From Piromyces finnis finn (taxonomy: Eukaryota > Fungi > Neocallimastigomycota), in contig MCFH01000123.1 of NCBI GenBank assembly GCA_002104945.1, positions 1-36,111 on the forward strand: a stretch of DNA of 36,111 bases, in the 5' to 3' direction. The notes beneath the pieces are model-generated. The model saw only the letters and a list, made by a program, of their open reading frames with translations. It searched no databases and was not told the origin of the DNA. A program made the position numbers and the translations under genes. Positions 11,120-19,867 of this stretch are shown piece by piece; the stretch's first letter is position 1, and each line of letters starts with the position of its first letter.

Positions 11120-12870
11120 TTACTTTGATGGTGTATGTGTATCCGAATAAACTGGTTTCAAAACATACGCGGGATTTGTGGTTAAATTGTTATTAGAATT
11201 AGATTTAAGTTTTGATATCTTACATTTCAGGTAGTAGCCATTATACTTCGCCTCGAACACAAGCTGTTTGTTTGAATCACTTTGGGAATAATTATTTTTG
11301 CTACAATCATGCGGATCTTGATTAATTATTTTAATGTGATTTGATTGTTGAATGGTATTTATAAATTTAATTCTGATGATACTATTAATATCTGGTTCGT
11401 GGTTACTTATCTCATTATTTTGGATATCAAATAAAGTTAAAAATATTTGATTGTTATGATTTTTTATTTGAGTGCTAATACCAGATTTCGTTAACTTTAT
11501 CCCACTTATCAGGTTTTTATTGACGTCCTTTGAATATAGAACCTTATCTAAAACTATTTCAGTCTCATTAAATAACCCATGGAATGTACCGTAGCCTTCA
11601 AAAATACATGATGATTTATTTGTAAAATTTAAAATAATTTTTTCATTAATAAAATTTTCCAATATTTCTTTATTATTTGTGATATGTTCACTTGCGCCTG
11701 TATCATCCTGTATCATAGGTAGGTCCACATAAATGTTATGTAACCATCATTTTTATCATGTGACCTTGAAACATTACTTGGTCATATTTCTTCTGTATTT
11801 TCACTTGGAAAGACATTTTTAAGAGCTAGTTCGTCAAGTATATATTTCATGTGCTCAACCTTTAATTGGTCAGAATGTATGTTTATGTAACATTCATTTT
11901 CAGGGTTAGAAATATTTGGATCATCCATTTTTTCATTACTCTTTATTTTACTTTCAATATTGTCAGCTGTAGGTCCGAACATTGTATTTAATTCTTCATA
12001 GCATGGTGTACTATCTGTGGTTTCATTATTTTCAATGTTGGAACAATATTTATCTTCATTGGCTTCCTTTTTGTATGAGAATGTTTTGTGGGTTTGTTTA
12101 TTAGGATGTGTTTCATTTTTCTTTGTTCTTGTAGCTCGGCATGGATTGTAATGACAGTCCTTAACAGAATGTCCAGAAATGTTGCAAATTATACAATATT
12201 TATTATTTCTATGATGATATTTGTTTATTCTTTTATTTTTTGTGTATTTCTTTTCTATATTATCTATATCCATATAAGCATCATGAAAGTCTCTATATTC
12301 ATTGATGAATGGATTATTATAATGATTGTTTCCATTTCTAGCGTTTCTTGTATTAAAAGAGTTATTATCTCTTTGTTGATTATCTTGTTTATGTTTAAAA
12401 TTTGGGTTGTTATATTCCATCTGATAGCAAATAACAGTATATCTGTTTTTATGATTTCGTATAATGTTTCGGGTGTGTATTGAGAACTCATTAATATTTT
12501 ATCCTTGAGGATATTTGGTAGAGCGTTGTATATAATTGTTATTTTTTCCATGTTTGATTTGTTCATACATGAGTTTTCGAGTAATTTAAATAACTCTATA
12601 ATCTCATTCATGATATTCATGGTTTCCTTAAGGTTGGTGGCCTTGAGAGGTCCTAACCTTCTTAACCACTCTCCATGGTTGGAGGAGTCATCCGACTTGT
12701 ACAAGCTCTTGAGTTTCTCCATCTTCTCATATGCGGACTCACAGTTCATAATGTACCTTTTAACAGAGTCAGTACAATTTGTAAAAATGATTATTCCTGT
12801 GAGTGCATCATTTGGTTCAAATTTGCTTGGTTTCTTGAATGTTTTGTAGTTACTCTTGATGTAACTCCTT
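11120..12870 (-). pseudogene. Degenerate Ty1/copia gag-protease-partial integrase; RT and RNase H deleted, 5' LTR absent
   Basis: Gag-like DALTGIIIFTNCTDSVKRYIMNCESAYEKMEKLKSLY; CCHC knuckle CIICNISGHSVKDC; protease (WTY)DTGASEH plus VLYSKDVNKNLISG; integrase-like CKISKLK and PAYVLKPVYSD. Pieces are joined by a frameshift near 12430, a TGA at 11784-11782 and a 14-bp insertion at 11697-11724. Confidence 0.85.
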
Positions 12871-12889
12871 TGCTATTCTCGTTTTTTTT

Positions 12890-13832
12890 CTTGTTCCTTA
12901 AGGCAATACCATATTTAATAAAATTATTATAATCGTTAGCTCTAGAATTTTCTTCAATTTGGTTTATAGCTCCTTAACATTCCTTTAAAAGACAGATTTT
13001 GATAAAATTCTTATCTTCTTTTTTCTTCATGTTCATAATTTTTTTTTTCATGTATTTTTTTATTTTTTTTTAAAAAACATAACTTTAATTAAAATATATT
13101 TTTTTCTTTATTATTAAAATACTTTCCAATAATAAATCCGAAATCATATCATCATATCTACCATATCTACTATTTTCTTCTGGAGTTAAACCCCTAATTT
13201 TTTAAAAACAAGAATATTTGTATTAATAAACATTTTCACACATTTTGAATTTATCATACATACTGTGCTTCAAGTGATATTCATTTAATTTTGATAAATA
13301 TCATTTAAATTTTTATAAACTTTTTTAACATCTTTTTCAAAAAGACCATTAATAAAATTATATATTATTTTATCATTTGCTATTTCTAATTTATCTTAAT
13401 AGTTTTTAATAAAGCAATAAAATTTTCTAAAATTTCACCATTTATAATTTTAACATATTCATATTACCTTCAATGATTCGATTTAACATACTATTTTTAT
13501 ATTTTTTAATTTGACTTAAATTTTCTTTTTTTTTTCAGTTAATTTGGGTTTAACGGTAATTTATTTTTAAGATGATCAATAGCGGATTTGAAATCTTTAG
13601 ATTCTTCATCTTTAAAATTTAAATAAAAGACAGGATATTTATAAAATCCCCTCATGCTTTTTCCATTTTTAGAAACTTCTAAACTATCAAATAAATCATT
13701 TCTTAAATTTTTTCTATTAATAGGCTTTTCAAAGAATTCTTGAATCATTTTTAAATTAAAACTTTTTCCAAATTGACTTGGTCGTACTCCCAAATACACA
13801 TCTTTATAATTGTCAATAAAATTTGGTATCAT
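12890..13832 (-). pseudogene. Internally deleted AAA-ATPase-like (PF09820-type) plus PD-(D/E)XK nuclease (PF08011-type) gene relic
   Basis: RPSQFGKSFNLKMIQEFF...LFDSLEV...KYPVFYLNFK matches the family motif RPRRFGKS...KYPVI.L.FK. Downstream, PEENSRYGRYDDMI (~13145-13185) and GAINQIEEN...FIKYGIA (~12905-12975) match the C-terminal nuclease motifs. Family assignment is from recalled motifs. Confidence 0.75.
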
Positions 13833-14093
13833 CTAGTTTTATCAACAAAATAGTAATCATTTATAATAGAATCTTTATAAAATTCTCCAGAATATATTTC
13901 TTTTGGCATTTCTTAAAAGATTTGAAAGAAAAATTCATAAAAGTTTTAAATAGAAAAGATGATGAAATAAAATATTATTGATAATTATTTGAAAATTCAA
14001 AAAAAGGTATTGAAAAGTACATTAAAAAAATGACGCAAACCTTAGAAGATCTTTTTGTAAAACTGGAAAATAATCATAACAAAAATATTGAAC

Positions 14094-14234
14094 AATAGTA
14101 ATAGTAATAGTAATAGTAATAGTAATAGTAATAGTAATAGTAATAGTAATAGTAATAGTAATAGTAATAGTAATAGTAATAGTAATAGTAATAGTAATAG
14201 TAATAGTAATAGTAATAGTAATAGTAATAGTAAT
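14094..14234. repeat. Perfect hexanucleotide microsatellite (AATAGT)23
   Basis: Directly visible; explains the poly-NS, poly-IT, poly-L and poly-Y ORFs. Confidence 0.98.
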
Positions 14235-14269
14235 GATAAAGTCCTGCTTCTGAAAGGCACAACTATAAT

Positions 14270-14592
14270 TAATGTAATTCAAGATGAAGAGTCTCATTCA
14301 TTCAGAGTCATTCATAGATGATTTCTCTCCTGTATATCAGATCATAAACTAATCCTTATTAATTGTAAATCTATTCCTATGGATGATTTTTCTAATGACT
14401 TTAATGTTCCTAAGAAAATTCTGAAATAGAATAGATTGAATAAAATATATTGAGGAAAAGGAATCGATACACAGTCCTAATAAATCCCACATACTTTCAT
14501 CAAAACTCAATGATCCTGTTATTTCAACAGATGAACTTTCCAAAGAATTTACTTCAGCTGCTCTTTCAATTGAAGATGTATTAAATATTATG
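14270..14592 (+). mobile_element. Short LINE relic (C-terminal end of APE endonuclease and following linker)
   Basis: Encodes SDHKLILINCKSIPMDDFSNDFNVPKKILK*NRL and aligns by eye with the reverse complement of ~20750-21070. Confidence 0.85.
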
Positions 14593-15535
14593 TATTTATA
14601 TGTTTTTCCTTCTAATATAAAATAAAATTTATCGTTATTATTTTTCTTTTATCTTCATATGAAATAAATAAAGCTTTATTAAAAAAATGAAAACTAAAAT
14701 AATTATCAATTTTTTTCTTTTTTTAATTAAATAGATTTCATAATATCTGTTTTTCATGGAAAAGCTGAATTTTTTTAAATAATTTTAAACTTATAATAAT
14801 TATAAAATTATTATCTATATGTCCATAATTATAATGATTTAAAAAAATTCATAATAATTATTCATAACATCACTATTAATATTTTGTTAAAGTATAATTT
14901 TCTTTTTGTTTTTAAATTAAAAGTGAAGGTCGTTATTATTTCTAACTAAACTTCTAATAAATATTAATGATAATTAAACCTTAATCATGTTTAATGATTT
15001 ATAATATAATTTATGTAATATCAAGTTAAATAATCGGTGTTAAAATAAAATATAATAAATATGTCTTGTTTAAAATTGTAGGATATTTTAAATATATTTT
15101 ACTTTTCATGAAAATTCAATATTTTTACTATTTGTTATATAAATCTATTTTTTTATAGAGTATGCAAATAATTGATAAAATTTTTATAAAAAAAATGATA
15201 AAACTTTAAAATAATTTTATGGCTATTTTTTCCTATAAGAAAAGTATTCAAATGGAATGTAAAAAAAAAAGTGAAAAAAATTTGAAAAAATTAAAATTTC
15301 AAAAAATAAAAGCATGAATTAAATTCTTTATTAATATTTCAATTACTCTTTATAAAATGACTTTATTAATATTTATTTTCTTGATCAAATAATATCAAAA
15401 CGTTGAGTTATATCATGTGTATATCATTAAAATAATACTTTTTTATTAATTTATGATATTTATACATATTATATAATAATTAAATTAAAGTTTATTTTAT
15501 TTAAATATTGAAATAAATTAATTTTAAACCTTTAA

Positions 15536-15538
<3 letters not shown>

Positions 15539-15571
<33 letters not shown>
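15539..15571. repeat. Poly(A) run, 33 nt
   Basis: Directly visible; no TSD or upstream element recognised. Confidence 0.9.
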
Positions 15572-15572
<1 letters not shown>

Positions 15573-15664
15573 AAAGACATGTAATAATACAAATAATAAT
15601 TTATTCTTTTTAGCTATATTTTATCAAATTAATAAAGTATTATGTATTGAAAATTATCTATACA

Positions 15665-15666
<2 letters not shown>

Positions 15667-15699
<33 letters not shown>
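15667..15699. repeat. (TTA)11 microsatellite
   Basis: Directly visible. Confidence 0.9.
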
Positions 15700-15704
<5 letters not shown>

Positions 15705-16266
15705 TGATAAAGTTAAAATGTTAAAATATTAATTATTATTAAAAACATCTTTGAATGAAAATTATATATATATATATTTTATTTTCAATATAAAATTAAA
15801 TTAAAAAACTTTTAGTTTCTTTATTTCTTTTAAAATACTTTTTATTTGAATATTAATAATTCTTTTTATTATTGAACATTAATTTGCTTTTTTTAATAAG
15901 CTTTTTCAATTTTTATAATTTCTTTTTATTTAAACTTTTTTCAAGTAAAATTTTAAAAAATATTGAAATTTTTGAAAAATTTTCGAAGTTTGAATTTTTC
16001 ATTAAATTTTTTAATTAATTAATTAATTAATTATTCATCGTCCATTTAAAAAAATTTGATCTGAAAAAAATTGCATTGACACAAAAAAACTTAAACTTTT
16101 TTTTAAAATTTTTACACTTTAAGAAATACTTTATTTTTTATAATTATTTTTTATTATATTTTATTTATATTTTATTTTTAAAAATAAATTATTACATGTT
16201 TTTTTTATTAATATAAATAATACAAATATATAAAACAAAAAAAAAATAAAAAATAATTATTATTAT

Positions 16267-17919
16267 TTATACATTAAAAATCCATTGATCATGATCAATA
16301 TATCTATTAAAATATTTAAGAAATTCATGGTTTTTTATTGTTGTAGATAATATGTAAGTATTTTTATCATCTCCTCCTGCTTTTCTTAATTCTTTTAAAA
16401 TATATTTTACCTTTTGTTCTGATGATCTTTTATCAATAACAAAGAGATTTTCAATAATTTTATAGTTGTCGTTCTTCAAGGCGAAAGTATACCATTCATC
16501 TTGAAAATCGTTGTAATGAAGAAATTCCTTTACCAATAATAAAAATGTTTTATTTTTCTTTTCTTTTATTAATAATTTTAATATATATTGAGGTATATTT
16601 AACTTTTCAATTTTTTTAAATTTGTTTTTTAATATTTCAATAATGTAATCGAAATTTTCATATGAAAAGTTTTTTTGATGAATTAAAAATTGTATCACAT
16701 TGTTGAAGGAATTGTCCTTATCCAAAAATCTATAATTGATATCCGCACCTTTAGAAATAAGAAAGGTGCACACATCTCTTCTATTTATTAATAATGTATA
16801 AATGACTAAAGGTACTGATTCATTAATTAATGAATTTGGAATCTCATAATTGAAATTGGTGTATGAGAATAAGCTTATTATTTTTTTAAGTGAATCAATA
16901 GAAAATCCTGAAGTAATACAATTTGTTAATACGTCATAATCTGAAGAGTTTATATCACTTATTAATATTTCATTTTCTTGATAAAAATAAAATATTCTTT
17001 CCATATTTCCGTTCTTTATAAATTGACTTAATTCCATTCTTTTCTTAATCAAAATTTTATTCAAATATCTGTTAAGATGATTAATATCTAATATATTATT
17101 TAAGAAAATATTTTTATACTTATAGTTAATTATTAATTCATATAATTTAAGGGAGAATCCAGGATATATTATATCATTATTATTATCCATTATGAATTCA
17201 ATTTTTTCTCTAATTGAACTTGGAATATCATAACATGAAAAAAATTTTAATTGATCAAATGAACTACAATAAATACACCTATAGTACCATTGATATGGTA
17301 CATCGAAATTTCTTTCATTAATAATTATTTTATCAAATTGATCTTTCGATATGCTTTTTTTTGATTGGTATATTTTAAGTAATTTAATAACAAAGTTTTT
17401 ATCGCACTTATATTTGATATATTTGGATGCTAAATTGAAGTTAAAACTATAATTGTAAATATAATCTTTAATCTCCATTATATTCCAATTTTTGTTTAAA
17501 AGATATGAAAGAGTTTTAGTAGTTAGTAAATTTTTTTCAATTAATAATTTGAATATATTAATATTGTGTTGAGTAAAATTAATATCGCCCCCTTTGCTGA
17601 TAATGAAATCTGCAATTTTAAAATGATTGTTAGCAATTGCAGCGTATAATGGGGACTTTATTTCACCATTTTTGAAAATGATGAACTTGTTAAGCGGATA
17701 ATTCTTTTTTTCAATTAACAAATCTAAATATGCAATTGGAACATTGTATTCAATTGCAGAAATGACCTCATCAAAATCTTTTTCCTCAATTAAATGGTTT
17801 GGTTGAATCATTTCATTTGATACTTCTATATCCTCAAATAACTCTATATCTGAAGTGTAAGAATTATTTGACAAGATCATTGTTGAAGTTTCAGTACTAT
17901 CAATTTCAAAAGATGACAT
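16267..17919 (-). CDS. Ankyrin-repeat-containing protein, 550 aa, apparently intact and single-exon
   Basis: Uninterrupted ATG-to-TAA ORF in very AT-rich DNA; ankyrin motifs KSPLYAAIANNHFKIADFIISKGGDINF and VPLVIYTLLINRRDVCTFLISKGADINY. Confidence 0.85.
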   Translation of the reverse strand: MSSFEIDSTETSTMILSNNSYTSDIELFEDIEVSNEMIQPNHLIEEKDFDEVISAIEYNVPIAYLDLLIEKKNYPLNKFIIFKNGEIKSPLYAAIANNHFKIADFIISKGGDINFTQHNINIFKLLIEKNLLTTKTLSYLLNKNWNIMEIKDYIYNYSFNFNLASKYIKYKCDKNFVIKLLKIYQSKKSISKDQFDKIIINERNFDVPYQWYYRCIYCSSFDQLKFFSCYDIPSSIREKIEFIMDNNNDIIYPGFSLKLYELIINYKYKNIFLNNILDINHLNRYLNKILIKKRMELSQFIKNGNMERIFYFYQENEILISDINSSDYDVLTNCITSGFSIDSLKKIISLFSYTNFNYEIPNSLINESVPLVIYTLLINRRDVCTFLISKGADINYRFLDKDNSFNNVIQFLIHQKNFSYENFDYIIEILKNKFKKIEKLNIPQYILKLLIKEKKNKTFLLLVKEFLHYNDFQDEWYTFALKNDNYKIIENLFVIDKRSSEQKVKYILKELRKAGGDDKNTYILSTTIKNHEFLKYFNRYIDHDQWIFNV

Positions 17920-18267
17920 TTTTTTTATAATTTAAATGATTTTTATTGTGATTACGTGTTTTTTAAAAATGATAATTTATTTTGTTAAATTGTAAAAACA
18001 AGACAATAAATTTAAAAATAAAAATGATAACAATATAATTATATTTACAATAAATAACATTTTAAACTTTTTAATAATTAATATTCATTGATTTAATATG
18101 ATTCGTTAATTAAAATATCCTTAATAAATTAGGTTGTACTTTTCTTTTTTCTTATTTCTTTACAGTTTTAATTTTATTTTTTATTTTTAATAATATTATA
18201 AGTTATTTAATTAATATTATAATATATTAGATATTATATATTAGGTTTTTTTTTAAGATATCACATT

Positions 18268-18286
18268 TTTAAATGGATCAACCATT
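18268..18286. promoter_or_regulatory. Conserved upstream element TTTAAATGGATCAACCATT of the 550-aa ankyrin gene
   Basis: Identical to 487-505; a second shared block at ~18095-18143 matches ~343-388. Confidence 0.45.
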
Positions 18287-19270
18287 TTTAAGATTTAAAT
18301 AAAAAAAACTATTTTTTTTAATTCAAGGATCATATTAATTAAAATTTTTTTTTAATATTTAAAAAATTTTTATAATAAATTTCAGTAGTTATTACCTATT
18401 ATTTAAACTTATTATTTATTTTGATATTACATTTTTTTTATTAATATAAAATTATGAACTTTTCTTATTATAATAATCCCCTTTCATTTGTAGTTTCAAA
18501 AAATTTCAAGGGATAATATATTCCAACCTACTTGAAATATATTTATTATTATCCATAATAATATGGTAAATATTAATTTCATTCAAAATATAATTTGCTT
18601 TTTATCATAAACATCTATATAAATTCAATGTATCTTTATCGTCAGTATTTTTTTTAACATTCTATTTAATTCATATGAATTATGAATTCATAAATATAAT
18701 ATATTAATTGTTTATTACGCATTGATACATTGTTATAATTTAGTTAATATTTAAAAAAAAAATAAAAGTGAATCTCAGTTTATTTATTTTAAAAATTTTT
18801 ATGACTTAAACAATAAAAACTAATTGTAATCTTAGGTAGAATAATAATATTATAAAAGAAATAACGGTTTCCTCTATTTCTATATGTAATTCGATAGATT
18901 CTGAAAATCTATCAACAGGAAAAAATTTTTATCCCATATTTTAATGTTTTATTTCTCTACATTTTTTACTATCCTCTTTTATAGGCATTTTAATATTAAT
19001 TATTATAAATTTAAAATATTTAGTTTTATCAATGAATTAAAAATATTCAAATATAGTTATTTAGTATATATTAGATAATGTTGAACTAATATCTGTTGAT
19101 AATATATTTATATAATTTTTTTTTTTTTTTGAATATTAATATTAAAGCTACGTAATTTTTATTTATTAATAACATTAATTTAATTAAATTACATTATATA
19201 TAAAAAATTAAATAATAAAATATATAAGAATTTTTTGGATTGAAATGAAAAGACTGACACTTTCTTCCCT

Positions 19271-19282
19271 TTTACGAAATCT
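19271..19282. repeat. Left target-site duplication TTTACGAAATCT
   Basis: Identical to 19856-19867. Confidence 0.93.
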
Positions 19283-19815
19283 GGTCGTTCCAGTTTTTAT
19301 CCTGGTTGTTAAGGCGTTTCCTTAGCATACATAAGGCTTCTGGTTCGACCCCGCAGATGTCAGTGCCTGTGGATTTTCCCACTGGGTTTGCCATGGGTTG
19401 GGTTATGATATTCAGGTAAGTATAAATGAACTTTCTAATTTACTACTATGATAATAACACTCGTCTAGCCGGCCTGAGAGGGTCTAGTGTACATGGTACA
19501 TTCCAAATTAGAACTTAATAAGTGGTGACTTAGGCTATGCCAAAAACACATAATATTCCTTAATCAATTTAAGTGTAAACATTAGGGGGCGGTTGACACG
19601 TGATCAAATTGACTATAAGAGGCTTAGCATTGTAGTTGTGAAATATCGTACAACGACATGCATCTAATGTACATGGATTAAGTGAGCGTCGAAGCTGAAG
19701 AAACAGTATGACAGACCAGGAGGGTCACAACCACCTAGCAATAGGAATGAGCCAACGTTTCTCTAAGAACCACCATTGGAGCTAACTCTGATCGATGGGA
19801 GAAATGCACTCGGAA

Positions 19816-19855
<40 letters not shown>
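19283..19855 (+). mobile_element. Non-coding poly(A)-tailed retroposon, 573 bp (candidate SINE or retrocopied structured RNA)
   Basis: Perfect 12-bp TSD; pure A37 tail (19819-19855); ~42% GC by hand count over 536 nt versus very AT-rich flanks; B-box match GGTTCGACCCC (19342-19352); no substantial ORF; removal restores the host RT frame. Confidence 0.85.
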
Positions 19856-19858
<3 letters not shown>

Positions 19859-19867
19859 ACGAAATCT
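19856..19867. repeat. Right target-site duplication TTTACGAAATCT
   Basis: Directly follows the poly(A); identical to 19271-19282. Confidence 0.93.

Noticed and set aside
4943-12932. Plus-strand ORFs 4943..5347, 12088..12483, 12505..12849, 12675..12932
   Set aside because: Hydrophobic antisense shadows of Lys/Asn-rich minus-strand coding sequence.
14022-14321. Poly-IT, poly-L, poly-Y and poly-NS ORFs
   Set aside because: All are readings of the (AATAGT)23 microsatellite.
19300-19365. Functional tRNA gene
   Set aside because: B-box and a 5-bp/7-nt arm are present, but there is no proper acceptor stem inside the TSD boundaries, no U33, a mismatched T-stem and wrong arm spacing.
19466-19483. 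TAGCCGGCCTGAGAGGGT resembles a bacterial 16S rRNA GAGA-tetraloop helix as I recall it
   Set aside because: Similarity does not extend on either side, so it is not called rRNA; it may be a convergent tetraloop hairpin. BLASTN would settle it.
19283-19490. HDV-like or twister ribozyme at the 5' part of the insert
   Set aside because: GGTCG/CGACC pairing lacks the following GG and nested pseudoknot; the TAACAC...GAGGG resemblance to twister lacks the required stems. Infernal would be decisive.
19655-19810. Hammerhead ribozyme (CTGAAGA ... GAAATGCA with TGCATC)
   Set aside because: Stem III could form, but stems I and II do not pair next to the core.
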